64,000 nucleotides of DNA from an uncultured SAR86 cluster bacterium (GTDB taxonomy: Bacteria > Pseudomonadota > Gammaproteobacteria > Magnimaribacterales > TMED112), in the NCBI GenBank assembly GCA_902563885.1, contig CACEYZ010000001.1, positions 40,013 through 104,012 of the forward strand, given 5' to 3'. Both the position numbers and the translations under genes were made by a program. Below, piece by piece: positions 12,926 through 23,735 of the stretch. The notes beneath the pieces were generated by a model, which worked only from the letters and a program-made list of their open reading frames with translations, did no database searches and was not told the origin of the DNA. Numbering within the stretch: position 1 is the first letter of the stretch; each line of letters opens with the position of its first letter.

Positions 12926-13791
12926 GTGTACTTATTGATAATAATACTAAGGCAATCTTTCAAGGATTTACTGGCTCACAGGCAACTATGCATGCAGAAC
13001 AATGTATAGATTACGGAACAAATATAATTGGTGGTGTAACTCCTGGAAAAGGTGGTCAAGAACATCTAAACAAACCAGTTTTTGATTCGGTAAAAGATGC
13101 ATGTGCTTTTGACGAAATTGATACCTCAGTAATTTTTGTTCCAGCAAAGTTTACAAAATCTGCAATACTTGAAGCAGCTGAAAATGGTATAAATTTAATA
13201 ATTTGTATCACTGAAGGAGTCCCAGTCTTAGACATGATAGAAGTTACAAATATTTTAAAAAGTTTTCCGGGAACAAGACTTGTTGGACCAAATTGTCCAG
13301 GAGTTATTTCTCCAGGAAAGTCAAAACTTGGAATAATGCCTGCTTCCATCCATAAAGAAGGTAGTGTTGGAATAGTTTCAAGATCTGGAACACTTACTTA
13401 TGAAGCTGTAAAACAAACTTCAGATGTTGGTTTAGGGCAAAGTACATGCATTGGAATTGGTGGAGATCCAGTTAATGGCACTTCATTTATAGACTGTCTA
13501 AAAATGTTTGAGAATGATAATCAGACTGAATCCATAGTCATGGTTGGTGAAATCGGCGGCACAGCAGAAGAGGAAGCAGCTGAGTACATAAAATCAAATA
13601 TTTCAAAACCAGTTATCTCTTACATTGCTGGAGTAACTGCTCCGAAAGGAAAAAGAATGGGCCATGCAGGAGCAATTATTTCTGGTGGAAAAGGAACTGC
13701 ACAAGATAAATTCAAAGCATTAGAAAGTGCAGGAGTAAGAGTAGTTACAGACTTAAACCTCATTGGATCTAAGCTTAAAGAGCTGCTTTAA
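12922..13791 (+). CDS. sucD: Succinyl-CoA synthetase alpha subunit
   Basis: [27 protein letters not shown] phospho-His. Confidence 0.98.
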   Translation: MSVLIDNNTKAIFQGFTGSQATMHAEQCIDYGTNIIGGVTPGKGGQEHLNKPVFDSVKDACAFDEIDTSVIFVPAKFTKSAILEAAENGINLIICITEGVPVLDMIEVTNILKSFPGTRLVGPNCPGVISPGKSKLGIMPASIHKEGSVGIVSRSGTLTYEAVKQTSDVGLGQSTCIGIGGDPVNGTSFIDCLKMFENDNQTESIVMVGEIGGTAEEEAAEYIKSNISKPVISYIAGVTAPKGKRMGHAGAIISGGKGTAQDKFKALESAGVRVVTDLNLIGSKLKELL

Positions 13792-15129
13792 TCTATTCTT
13801 TTTATATCTAAGTCGCATTGAATTTAATACAGCACTTATAATAATTCCAAAAATCATACCAATCCAAATTCCTTGTGCACCATCAGGAAATAAACCATTT
13901 GAATTGAAAGCTAAAAACATTCCTAATGGCAGTGCCACAAGCCAATATGAAATAATCATAATAACCATTGTTGCAAAAGTATCTTTGTGACCTCTCAATG
14001 AACCTATCGCACTAAAACCTATAGCATCAGGAATCTGAAATATTGCAGCTAACATTAATAAAGTTACAGCAATTTCAGCAACATCTATGTCTCTTGTATA
14101 CAAACCTACTAAAAAACTATGAAAAAATATAATTACGAGAAAGTTTATTAAAGCAAGAAAAAAGGAAATTCGCATAGAAAAATTTGCTGCATAATTTGCC
14201 TGAAGAAGTTTCTTTTCCCCAATTAAATTACCAACTCTGACAGCAGAACAAAGTCCAAGTGATAAAGGTATCATAAATAACAATCCAACGAGGTTAATTG
14301 CAACTGTATGAGCAGCAAGAGTGTTTGCACCAAAGAAAGATATTATTAAAGCCGCACCGCTAAACATGCTTAATTCAACAAAGATTCCAAAGCTTATTGG
14401 AATTCCAAGTTTTAAAAGTTCAATATTGCTTGATATATCTGGCCAAATAAATTTGCCATACAAACTAATTTTTTTATAAGTTTTTGAAAATTTTGTTATT
14501 AAAAAAAATATTATTAGTATTATCCAGGCAACTAAAGCAGTCGCAACACCACAACCTACGCCCCCAAGATCAAAGTAAAAAATAAATAAATAATTTAATG
14601 GAATGTTTAATAAAAATGCAAAAAGATTTAGAAAGAAAACTACCTTTGTTTTTGTTATCCCCTCACTATAGCCTCGAAGAGCTTGAAAAAGTGTCATTGG
14701 AATAGCGCCAAAGGATATTGCTGAAAGGTAGCCTGTACTTATTTCAAGCATATCTCTTTCAGATTCAAGAAAATCGAAAATAAAACCAGAGCTTCTTAAA
14801 AAAATGAAAAAGATCACTCCAACTATTAATGCCGTCCAAAGGAATTTTCTAGACTTAACTTTAATCAAGGCATAATCCTTTGCTCCGTATAGTTGCGCAA
14901 TAATTGGAGTTATTCCAAACATTACACCAGCTGATAAAAAAAATGCTGGATTAAAGATAGCTGCCGCAAGGCCTACCCCTGCTAAATCAGATGAGCTAGC
15001 ATATCCAGCCATAATATAGTCAGTTGTTGTCATGCCATACATCACAAGCTGACTGCCCAAAATAGGAAGGCCAATTTTTAAGAAAATTTCTCCTTCTTTA
15101 TTAAAATTAGTAAGATTTAGGCTGAACAT
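13753..15129 (-). CDS. MATE family multidrug efflux transporter (NorM/PmpM-like)
   Basis: About 12 TM segments, D.IMAG...LA.VGL, LG.PI, AAH.VA, SVRVG-like, FQ.PD..G.LRG.KDT motifs. Confidence 0.9.
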   Translation of the reverse strand: MFSLNLTNFNKEGEIFLKIGLPILGSQLVMYGMTTTDYIMAGYASSSDLAGVGLAAAIFNPAFFLSAGVMFGITPIIAQLYGAKDYALIKVKSRKFLWTALIVGVIFFIFLRSSGFIFDFLESERDMLEISTGYLSAISFGAIPMTLFQALRGYSEGITKTKVVFFLNLFAFLLNIPLNYLFIFYFDLGGVGCGVATALVAWIILIIFFLITKFSKTYKKISLYGKFIWPDISSNIELLKLGIPISFGIFVELSMFSGAALIISFFGANTLAAHTVAINLVGLLFMIPLSLGLCSAVRVGNLIGEKKLLQANYAANFSMRISFFLALINFLVIIFFHSFLVGLYTRDIDVAEIAVTLLMLAAIFQIPDAIGFSAIGSLRGHKDTFATMVIMIISYWLVALPLGMFLAFNSNGLFPDGAQGIWIGMIFGIIISAVLNSMRLRYKKNRLKQLFKLRSNEV

Positions 15130-15172
15130 TGTAAGAATTTATTCTAGCCTATAATTTAATAAGGAGTGCTAT

Positions 15173-15886
15173 ATCAATACTGATAAAAGACCATTTTGGT
15201 TAAAGAGTTTTTTTAACTCTTTGAGCTCATTTTATATTCACTATTTCCTTAAACCAAAATTTAAAAAATTTGGAAAAGGTGTAATGATTTTAAAGCCACA
15301 ATACTTAAAAACTTTTGGAAAAAACATCACAATTGGTAATTTTGCAACATTGATATGTTCCTCTGATAAAAATATAGACTTAGCGACTTGGCAAACAGAT
15401 AAACTAAATGGTGAACTTCAAATAGGAAAATATGTTCTTATCTCACCAGGAACTAGTATTAGGGTAGCCAAAAAGGTCATCATTGATGATAGTGTTATGA
15501 TTGCATCGGATGTAACTATAACCGACTCTGACTGGCACGGTGTTTATGATAGAACTGATTATGTTGCTACCCCGAAACCAGTAATTATCAATAAAAATGC
15601 TTGGATTGGAGAAAGATCACTAATACTTAAAGGTAGTGAAATCGGAGAAAACAGTATTATTGGCGCTGGATCTGTAGTTTCTGGTGTTGTTCCGCCTAAT
15701 GTCGTGTATGCTGGTAATCCAGCTAAGAAAGTCAAAGATCTTGATAAATCAGATTTTAAATCAAGGGAACAGTTATTTTCTGAATCCTCAAGTTATCTCT
15801 CAGACATGATCAAAATTGATAAAAAAACTCTTGAGGGCAACACTTTTTTTAAGTGGCTTTTTTCAATCATATGGCCGAGAAAATGA
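15173..15886 (+). CDS. Hexapeptide-repeat (LbH) acyltransferase; probable ATC start at 15173 (track start TTG 15221)
   Basis: ITDSDWH, AWIG..S.ILKG..IG.NS.IGAGSVV, AGNPAK; AAGGAG at 15161-15166 lies 6 nt before in-frame ATC. Confidence 0.8.
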   Translation: MNTDKRPFWLKSFFNSLSSFYIHYFLKPKFKKFGKGVMILKPQYLKTFGKNITIGNFATLICSSDKNIDLATWQTDKLNGELQIGKYVLISPGTSIRVAKKVIIDDSVMIASDVTITDSDWHGVYDRTDYVATPKPVIINKNAWIGERSLILKGSEIGENSIIGAGSVVSGVVPPNVVYAGNPAKKVKDLDKSDFKSREQLFSESSSYLSDMIKIDKKTLEGNTFFKWLFSIIWPRK

Positions 15887-16980
15887 AATTATTTGTTGAT
15901 GAAAACATCGCCTACGCTAAGTTCTTCTTTGAAGATGTGCTTTTAAATCAATTTCCAAATTTTTTTGAACTAACCTTTTATAAGGATGATGAATTTGATT
16001 TGGAGAAAATAAGTGAAGATGCAGCTGTGATTATTAGATCAACTTATAAAACACATAACTTAAACGTGCCCGAATCAATAAAATTATTAAGTTCCGTTTC
16101 TACAGGGGAGGATCATGTCGATAAGAATTTTCTAGAAAAAAAGAATATTCCATACCATTTTGCAACTGGAGCAAATGCCAAAGCTGTAAGAGAATATTTT
16201 TATTCTTGTTTATCAATTCTATTAAAGGAGAAAAAATTCGATAAATCTGAGGATAAGATTTTGATTATAGGTCTGGGAAATATTGGACATGGTATAGCTA
16301 AAACTCTAGAAAACTTTAATTTTAGTTTTGAAACATATGACCCTTTTAAGTCCTCAACAATTGAGAGCCTTTCTAATCTGGAAGAATTTAAAATCATTAC
16401 TTTGCATGTACCTCTAACAAAAAATTCACCACATGAAACGTACAATTTTGTTGATAAAAATTTTTTAAATGAACTCAAAAATGAATCTATCATAATAAAT
16501 ACTTCAAGAGGTGGAGTGATCTCGGAATCAGATTTTTTAAAATTTGATAATTTGACAGTAATATCAGATGTGTTTTTAAACGAACCAAATATTGATAAAA
16601 ATTTTCATCAAAAAAACTTCATCTCAACACCACACATTGCTGGGCACACAAAATCTTCCAGGTTTGAGATGACGAAAATGTCTTTAGAAAAGCTTATAAA
16701 CTTTTTTTTCAATAAAAAGTTGAATGATTCATTAGTAAAAAAACCATACAAAAAAAAGAGCATTCATTTCTCCTTATCAGAAGTAGAGAATGATTTAAAT
16801 AGATACGGGTTTCCAGTATCACTTCTTTTACAAATTTATGATCCTAGAAATGATAAGTTTAATTTAGTTGATTTTGCTGATGTGAGAAATGCATACCATC
16901 ACAGATTAGGGTATGAAGATATTACTTCAAACAATGATTTAAATGTTTCAGAGTATCTTTTTGAATTAGGCATCGAGTAG
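15883..16980 (+). CDS. pdxB: Erythronate-4-phosphate dehydrogenase
   Basis: VDENI, IRS, TGEDHVD, GANAKAV.EY, LHVPLT, NTSRG, TPHIAGH; ATGA overlap with upstream stop. Confidence 0.88.
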   Translation: MKLFVDENIAYAKFFFEDVLLNQFPNFFELTFYKDDEFDLEKISEDAAVIIRSTYKTHNLNVPESIKLLSSVSTGEDHVDKNFLEKKNIPYHFATGANAKAVREYFYSCLSILLKEKKFDKSEDKILIIGLGNIGHGIAKTLENFNFSFETYDPFKSSTIESLSNLEEFKIITLHVPLTKNSPHETYNFVDKNFLNELKNESIIINTSRGGVISESDFLKFDNLTVISDVFLNEPNIDKNFHQKNFISTPHIAGHTKSSRFEMTKMSLEKLINFFFNKKLNDSLVKKPYKKKSIHFSLSEVENDLNRYGFPVSLLLQIYDPRNDKFNLVDFADVRNAYHHRLGYEDITSNNDLNVSEYLFELGIE

Positions 16981-17051
16981 TTGTTAGTAAATTAATAAAA
17001 GATTCTCCGTTTAATTCAAGTAAAAATAGTACAATTAGGTAATTAAGAGCA

Positions 17052-17438
17052 ATGAAAAAAGTTAATAAAAATCTAACATCTGAAGAAATTTTTATTCTTC
17101 GTGACAAAGGAACAGAGAGACCATTCTCTGGAAAATTTGACACTTTTTTTGAGGAAGGCGTCTACAAATGCAAAAACTGTAATGCAGAACTGTTTAGATC
17201 GGATAGCAAATATGATGCTGGTTGTGGTTGGCCAAGTTTTTTTGAGGCAATTGACGAAAAATCAATATTATACAAAGAGGATAATTCTATTTTTGGAAGG
17301 CCACGCACAGAGATTCTTTGTGCTAATTGCGGGGGGCATTTAGGGCACTTATTTGAGGATGGTCCTGTTGAAAAAACTGGTCTAAGATATTGTGTGAATT
17401 CAATTTCTTTAGACTTTGAATCGAAGAAAAATAATTGA
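17052..17438 (+). CDS. msrB: Peptide methionine (R)-sulfoxide reductase
   Basis: GTERPFSG, two CxxC, GCGWPSF, HLGHLF.DGP, RYCVNS. Confidence 0.97.
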   Translation: MKKVNKNLTSEEIFILRDKGTERPFSGKFDTFFEEGVYKCKNCNAELFRSDSKYDAGCGWPSFFEAIDEKSILYKEDNSIFGRPRTEILCANCGGHLGHLFEDGPVEKTGLRYCVNSISLDFESKKNN

Positions 17439-18739
17439 AAATATCAAATTTTTGGAAATCATCAGCTAGTTTCTCTCTATTAACACTTGTTTCACGTGTA
17501 TTTGGGTATGTAAGAGACTTAATTTTTACAAACTATTTAGGAGCAGGGAGTATTCATGATATTTTTGTAGTAATTTTCAAAATTCCAAATGTTTTTCGAA
17601 GTTTTTTTGGTGAAGGAGCTCTTTCTCAATCACTTACGCCAAGCATAATTGAAGCTAGAACAAAAACAAATAAATTCCTTAATCAAGTATTTACCATCTT
17701 ATTTATTTCTCTTGTTTTATTTGTATTTGTTGTTGAAATTTTTCCTCAATTTTTTGTGAGCATTTTTGCCCCTGGATTCTCTGCTAATGAACAAAAGTTT
17801 GATGAGGCTGTTGGGTTTCTTAGGTTAGTTTTTCCATATATCTTATTAATTTCTATAGTCGCTTTTTTTGGTGCAATACAAAATTCAAAAAAACACTTTA
17901 ATGTTGTTGCTGCAACCCCAATTCTTTTTAATTTATCTCTGATAGTATTTGCTGTTTTGAATAATCAATTAACTTTACAGGTAATAGGTATATCAATTTT
18001 GTGTGCAGGGATAATCCAATTAATGTTAAATGCATTTGTCACAATGAGGTTGAGTTATCTTCCAAAATTTGATTTTAATTTTGATAAAAAATTATTGAGC
18101 TCTTTTTTTTCTAGGTTGCTGCCAGCCGTATTTGCTGCAGGCATTTATCAATTAAATGTTTTAGTTGACACGATTTTTGCATCTTTTCTTTCAACCGGAA
18201 GTCCAACGTGGCTTTATCTTTCAGATAGATTAATTCAGTTTCCAATGGGTTTGTTCGGGGTTGCAATTGCATTAGTAGCGTTGCCTGATATAACTGAACT
18301 ATATATTAAAAAAGATAGTAAGAATTTTAATAAAACTTTTTTGAGAGGCTCGCTATCAACGCTAATACTTGGTTTAGCAACAATGATTTTTTACTTATTA
18401 TTTTCAACAGAAATAATTAGTCTTTTATTTAAAAGAGGAGAGTTTCAGGAATTTGATGTAGCTATGACTTCAGCCAGTTTGGTTGCATATGCTTATGCTC
18501 TTCCATTTTTATTAAATTCTAAATTTTTTAACAGCATTTTTTTTGCGACATCAAAAACTAAATTTGTCTTACTGTTAGGTATAGTCTCACTATTTATAAA
18601 TTTACTTTTAAACTACTTATTTATATTTATATTTGGAATGGGACATGTAGGCCTAGCTTTAGCAACTACTTGCGCAGCTTTAATAGTGTGGTTGCTTTCA
18701 ATTATATTTTTAATATATTTAAGGAAATCTTTAGCATGA
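17435..18739 (+). CDS. murJ: Lipid II flippase MurJ (short, 434 aa; TTG start)
   Basis: TL.SR.FG.VRD, F.IPN.FR..FGEGA, DRL.QFP.G.FG, RG.F, GLALAT; precedes ribF-ileS. Confidence 0.93.
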   Translation: MKISNFWKSSASFSLLTLVSRVFGYVRDLIFTNYLGAGSIHDIFVVIFKIPNVFRSFFGEGALSQSLTPSIIEARTKTNKFLNQVFTILFISLVLFVFVVEIFPQFFVSIFAPGFSANEQKFDEAVGFLRLVFPYILLISIVAFFGAIQNSKKHFNVVAATPILFNLSLIVFAVLNNQLTLQVIGISILCAGIIQLMLNAFVTMRLSYLPKFDFNFDKKLLSSFFSRLLPAVFAAGIYQLNVLVDTIFASFLSTGSPTWLYLSDRLIQFPMGLFGVAIALVALPDITELYIKKDSKNFNKTFLRGSLSTLILGLATMIFYLLFSTEIISLLFKRGEFQEFDVAMTSASLVAYAYALPFLLNSKFFNSIFFATSKTKFVLLLGIVSLFINLLLNYLFIFIFGMGHVGLALATTCAALIVWLLSIIFLIYLRKSLA

Positions 18740-19620
18740 ATGTGAGCTTTAGCGCAGCAGTAGGAAATTTTGATGGGGTCCATAAAGGACACAAAAAATT
18801 ATTAGAAAAGGTGAAAAATGATGCTGATAAGAGTGGTTTGAAAACCAAAGTTTTAACCTTCAATCCTTATCCATTTGAGTTTTTTAAATGGCATAAAAAA
18901 AGAATTATTAATGAATTTGATAAAAAAGAAGTTTTAAAAGAAATAGGCATTGACGAGATTGTATCCATTAAATTTGATGAAAAATTTAGAAACCTTAAAG
19001 CAGAAGAGTTTTTCGAACTCTATATTAAGAAAGGAAAAATTAAGTCATTAACTGTTGGTAATGATTTTAAATTTGGTAAAGATAGGTCTGGTGATACAGA
19101 TTTATTAAGAAATTTATGTAAAAAAAATGATATTACCTTCTCTTTATTTGAAGATTTTAAAGTAGATGGTTTGAGGGTTAGCAGTTCGATAATTAGGGAG
19201 TACTTAGAAAAAGGAAAATTTGTTGATGCAGAGAAGTGCTTAGGAAGAAAACTAAAATTCACTGGTGATGTTATTCACGGAAAGAAATTTGGTACCAGAA
19301 TATCAACTCCTACAGCAAATATAGATCTTCAGAATAAAGAGTATTGCTTTAATGGTGTTTTTTTATGCTCTGTAATGGTCAATGATAAAAAATTTTTTGG
19401 GATTGCAAATTTTGGAACAAAGCCTACTTTCGATGATTTCAGACAATCATTAGAAGTCCATATTTTTGATTTTGGAGAAAATATTTACTATCAGTCATTA
19501 ACTATAGAATTTTTATGTAAAATTAGAGACCAAATAAAATTTGAATCAACAGATGATTTAAAAAATCAGATTCATAAGGATATAGATAAAGCAAAATCTC
19601 TAATCAAAGACTATGAGTAA
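18736..19620 (+). CDS. ribF: Bifunctional riboflavin kinase/FAD synthetase
   Basis: GNFDGVHKGH, VG.DF.FG, SSS.IR, PTAN, LEVHIFDF; ATGA overlap with murJ stop gives start 18736. Confidence 0.96.
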   Translation: MNVSFSAAVGNFDGVHKGHKKLLEKVKNDADKSGLKTKVLTFNPYPFEFFKWHKKRIINEFDKKEVLKEIGIDEIVSIKFDEKFRNLKAEEFFELYIKKGKIKSLTVGNDFKFGKDRSGDTDLLRNLCKKNDITFSLFEDFKVDGLRVSSSIIREYLEKGKFVDAEKCLGRKLKFTGDVIHGKKFGTRISTPTANIDLQNKEYCFNGVFLCSVMVNDKKFFGIANFGTKPTFDDFRQSLEVHIFDFGENIYYQSLTIEFLCKIRDQIKFESTDDLKNQIHKDIDKAKSLIKDYE

Positions 19621-22348
19621 CGAAAAAGATCATAAATTAAATCTGCCTAAAACATCAATTCCTATGAAGGCTAATCTAAATCAACGAGAGCCTGAATTTT
19701 TAAAAGAGTGGGATAAGAGGAATGTATATAAAAAAATCAGAAAAAATAAAAAAGGAAAAAAAGCTTTTCACCTTCATGATGGCCCACCATATGCAAATGG
19801 AGAAATTCATCTTGGACATGCTGTCAATAAGGTTTTAAAAGATATTATTATTCGCTCAAAATCTTTAGAGGGTTTTGATTCCCCCTATATTCCAGGTTGG
19901 GATTGTCATGGACTTCCTATTGAGCATCAGGTTGAAAAAAAATTAGGAAAGAAAAGAAAGGAAATAAGTAAGTCTGAATTTAGAGACTTATGTAGGGAAT
20001 ACGCAAAAACACAGATTAAACTTCAAGAGAAAGATTTTGTCAGATTAGGTGTATTTGGAGATTGGAAGAATAGATATGCATCTCTGGATCAATCCTTTGA
20101 AGGTGAGGCTATCAATGCATTCTCAAGAATCTTTCATAATGGCCATGTTGAAAAGGGTCTCAAACCTGTCCATTGGTGTCTAGATTGCGGATCCTCTTTG
20201 GCTGAAGCGGAGGTTGATTACTTAGATAAAACATCAAGAGCTATTGATGTTAAATTTCGCATTGATGAGACTTTAGAGAAAAAATTCATAAAACAGAATA
20301 AATTGCCAGAACATAGTAAAGTTTTTGCAGTAATTTGGACAACTACACCATGGACTATTCCAGGCAATCAAGCAGTATGCCTAAATAAAGATATTGAATA
20401 CTCTTTGGTAGAAGTTACTAAAAATGAGATTTATATAATTGCATCTGAACTTGTTAAAACTTGTTTTGATAGATGGAGTTTGGAAGATTTTAAAATAATC
20501 AAAAAAATGAAAGGTACTGATTTAGACGGATTGCATTTCATTCACCCTCTCTATAACAGAACATCACCATTATTATTCAGCGAACACGTTACAACTGATA
20601 CTGGAACTGGATGTGTTCACTCTGCTCCTGCACATGGCCCAGAAGATTTTGAGACGTGCTCTGAGAATGGAATTGAATTAAAAAATCCAATCTCATCAAA
20701 TGGTTGTTTTAAAGATGATGTTAAACATTTTGGTGGACTACATGTAAGAAAATCAGAAGAGGAAATTATCAAAAAGTTAAAAGATGCCGATTCCTTACTA
20801 TGTAATGAAGATTTTCAGCATAGCTACCCTCATTGCTGGAGACATAAAACACCATTAATTTTTATGGCAACACCTCAATGGTTTATTTCAATGACTAAAT
20901 CAGGACTATTGGAGGGGGCTGAACATGGGATTGATAATGTTGAATTTACTCCTGCTTGGGGGAAAGAAAGAATGCAAATAATGCTTAAAGATAGACCAGA
21001 CTGGTGTATTTCAAGACAGAGAGATTGGGGAATACCAATACCATTGATTTTTGATAAAGAAACAGGAGAACCAACAAATGATATTGAAAAAGTTTTTAAC
21101 AAAGCATCTGAACAAATTAAAGAAAATGGGATCGACGCATGGAAAGAATTTGACTTTGGAGAAGACAAAGAAAAGTACGAGAAGTCTAGTGATATTTTCG
21201 ATGTTTGGTTTGACTCCGGAATAACCCATCATTGTGTAATGAATGAGCTTTATGGTAATGACGTAAAGGCTGATTTATATCTTGAGGGGAGCGATCAACA
21301 TCGTGGGTGGTTTCAGTCATCCTTGCTTACATCTGTAGCTATGAATGGAACTCCGCCATACAAAGGCGTATTAACTCATGGATTTGTAGTAGATGAAGAT
21401 GGTAGAAAGATGTCAAAATCAATTGGAAATGTTGTTGGGCCTCAGGAAATAATAAATAATTCTGGCGCAGATACATTACGTTTCTGGATAGCTGCTACTG
21501 ACTTCAGAGGTGAAATGGCTTTTTCAAAAGATATCTTTAATAGATCAGTAGATGGGTTCAGGAGAATAAGAAATACAATGCGTTTTATGATATCGAATCT
21601 CTATGATTATGATCAAAATGATCAAGTAACAAAAGTATTATTTCTTGATAAAGCGATAATTTCAAAAACAGCAAAATTACAAAACGAAATAAGAGAATTA
21701 TATAAAGAATTTAATTTCCATCAGGTCGTATCAAAGATTGTAAATTTTTGTGTAAATGATTTAGGCTCCCTATATCTAGATGTCATTAAAGATAGGCTCT
21801 ATACAATGAAGCCTGAATCAGAGGGAAGAAGATCTGCTCAATACGCGCTTTCAATAGTTTTAGATTTTCTGAATAAAGCTATCAGTCCAATACTTCCATT
21901 CACAGCTTATGAATTTTCTGAGAATTTATCTAATGGAAATGGAGATAAAATCTTTTACTCAGAATGGGAAGAGTACGAAAATAAACTGAATAAAGAAGAA
22001 GAAGAGGAATTTGAGCTTCTGGTACAGCTAAGGCAAAGAGCTTATCAGGAAATTGAAGAGGAAAGGAAAAAGAAAGATATAAAAAATGCATTAGATTGTG
22101 AAGTAGAAATTACACTGGAAAAGGAATTATTCGACAAAATTTCAAAATATTCTGATGAGATGAATAAAATTCTAATATGCTCAAGTTGCTCAATTTTTCT
22201 TGGCAAAGCAGAGAAAATTTTGGTAAAAAAATCTGTAAATGAAAAATGTACTCGTTGTTGGCATAAAGTAGAAGAATTAGAAAATGGAATCTGTAAGAGA
22301 TGTATTAATAATATGTCAGGAGAGGGAGAGGTAAGGAGATTTTTCTAA
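19613..22348 (+). CDS. ileS: Isoleucyl-tRNA synthetase (type 1)
   Basis: DGPPYANG, HLGH, WTTTPWT, DWCISRQR, KMSKS, C-terminal Zn finger. Confidence 0.98.
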   Translation: MSNEKDHKLNLPKTSIPMKANLNQREPEFLKEWDKRNVYKKIRKNKKGKKAFHLHDGPPYANGEIHLGHAVNKVLKDIIIRSKSLEGFDSPYIPGWDCHGLPIEHQVEKKLGKKRKEISKSEFRDLCREYAKTQIKLQEKDFVRLGVFGDWKNRYASLDQSFEGEAINAFSRIFHNGHVEKGLKPVHWCLDCGSSLAEAEVDYLDKTSRAIDVKFRIDETLEKKFIKQNKLPEHSKVFAVIWTTTPWTIPGNQAVCLNKDIEYSLVEVTKNEIYIIASELVKTCFDRWSLEDFKIIKKMKGTDLDGLHFIHPLYNRTSPLLFSEHVTTDTGTGCVHSAPAHGPEDFETCSENGIELKNPISSNGCFKDDVKHFGGLHVRKSEEEIIKKLKDADSLLCNEDFQHSYPHCWRHKTPLIFMATPQWFISMTKSGLLEGAEHGIDNVEFTPAWGKERMQIMLKDRPDWCISRQRDWGIPIPLIFDKETGEPTNDIEKVFNKASEQIKENGIDAWKEFDFGEDKEKYEKSSDIFDVWFDSGITHHCVMNELYGNDVKADLYLEGSDQHRGWFQSSLLTSVAMNGTPPYKGVLTHGFVVDEDGRKMSKSIGNVVGPQEIINNSGADTLRFWIAATDFRGEMAFSKDIFNRSVDGFRRIRNTMRFMISNLYDYDQNDQVTKVLFLDKAIISKTAKLQNEIRELYKEFNFHQVVSKIVNFCVNDLGSLYLDVIKDRLYTMKPESEGRRSAQYALSIVLDFLNKAISPILPFTAYEFSENLSNGNGDKIFYSEWEEYENKLNKEEEEEFELLVQLRQRAYQEIEEERKKKDIKNALDCEVEITLEKELFDKISKYSDEMNKILICSSCSIFLGKAEKILVKKSVNEKCTRCWHKVEELENGICKRCINNMSGEGEVRRFF

Positions 22349-22804
22349 TTGAAAGATTTTTCTCTTATTGCAATACTTACTTCAATAGATATTTACCTCA
22401 AATACTTCTTTTCAACATTTACATTGAAACCTTACTCTTTTCTTCCTTTCCTTGATCTGTATGTAACTGAAAATAGAGGCATTGCCCTGAGCATGCTTGA
22501 TGATTTGAATGATATGATGCAATTTGTTTTAACTTTGACAATTTTTTTTGTACTAGTTTTTTTAATTTCACAATACTTCAGAAGTGAAGGCAGATTCCAA
22601 AAATTTGCAATCATTATTATTTTTGCAGGAGGTTTAGGTAATTTTCTAGAAAGAATATATCACGGATATGTTACTGATTATCTACATTTACATATTAATA
22701 ATTATTCATTATTCGTTTTTAATTTTGCTGATGCCCTTATAACATTAGGGGCTATAATCATTGTTTTTACTATAGTCAACAATAATGAAAAAAGAACTAC
22801 ATAA
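22349..22804 (+). CDS. lspA: Lipoprotein signal peptidase (TTG start)
   Basis: N.G.A.S, GG.GN..ER...G.V.DY, VFNFAD. Confidence 0.95.
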   Translation: MKDFSLIAILTSIDIYLKYFFSTFTLKPYSFLPFLDLYVTENRGIALSMLDDLNDMMQFVLTLTIFFVLVFLISQYFRSEGRFQKFAIIIIFAGGLGNFLERIYHGYVTDYLHLHINNYSLFVFNFADALITLGAIIIVFTIVNNNEKRTT

Positions 22805-23735
22805 AGAGATTGTCTTAGCAAATCCAAGAGGTTTTTGTGCAGGCGTTGATAGAGCAATTGATATTGTAGAAAAATCTTTGGACAAATTTAAAGAGCCAGT
22901 GTACGTAAGACATCAAGTTGTACATAACAAAAAGGTAGTTGAAGACTTAGAGAAAAAGGGTGTTAAATTTGTAAAAGAAGTTTCAGAAATTCCTGATAAT
23001 GCAGTTGCAATATTTAGTGCACATGGAGTAAGTCAAAAAGTTGAGGATGAAGCCAAAAAAAGAAATTTCATGTATTTTGATGCCACTTGTCCTCTAGTTA
23101 CTAAAGTTCATTTGGAAGTACAAAAACATGCTCAAAAGGGTAGAGATATTATTTTAATTGGACATAAAGGACATCCTGAAGTAATTGGTACATTAGGCAG
23201 ACATCCATCTAATTCAAATACAAAAATTTACCTTGTAGAAAATAATGATGATATTAAAAAATTGGAGATAAGTTCTCCTGAAGTTGCTTATGTAACACAA
23301 ACAACACTTTCCGTAGATGAGACAAGGGAATTAATTAATTCGCTAAAAGAAAAATTTCCAGGCATTATTGGCCCGAGCGCTGATGATATTTGTTACGCAA
23401 CACAGAATCGACAAGATGCAGTGAAACAATTGTCGCTTGAATGTCAGATTGTGCTTGTTATAGGATCGCAGACAAGTTCTAATTCCAATAGATTAAAAGA
23501 GTTAGCTGAAAAATGTGGTACTAAATCATTTCTAATCGACGATAAAACAGATATAGATTTAAATTCTTTAAAAGACGCTACCTCTGTTGGAATTACTGCT
23601 GGAGCTTCAGCGCCAGAGGAAATTGTTCAAGAAGTAATTTCATTTCTTGTTCCCTTAGGATTTAAAACAGTAAGAAATTTGTCAGAAAATAATGAAAATA
23701 TGACCTTTAAATTGCCAAAGGAATTAACATCATGA
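22785..23735 (+). CDS. ispH: 4-hydroxy-3-methylbut-2-enyl diphosphate reductase
   Basis: PRGFCAGV, DATCPLV, DICYATQNRQ, SSNS, GITAGASAP. Confidence 0.98.
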   Translation: MKKELHKEIVLANPRGFCAGVDRAIDIVEKSLDKFKEPVYVRHQVVHNKKVVEDLEKKGVKFVKEVSEIPDNAVAIFSAHGVSQKVEDEAKKRNFMYFDATCPLVTKVHLEVQKHAQKGRDIILIGHKGHPEVIGTLGRHPSNSNTKIYLVENNDDIKKLEISSPEVAYVTQTTLSVDETRELINSLKEKFPGIIGPSADDICYATQNRQDAVKQLSLECQIVLVIGSQTSSNSNRLKELAEKCGTKSFLIDDKTDIDLNSLKDATSVGITAGASAPEEIVQEVISFLVPLGFKTVRNLSENNENMTFKLPKELTS

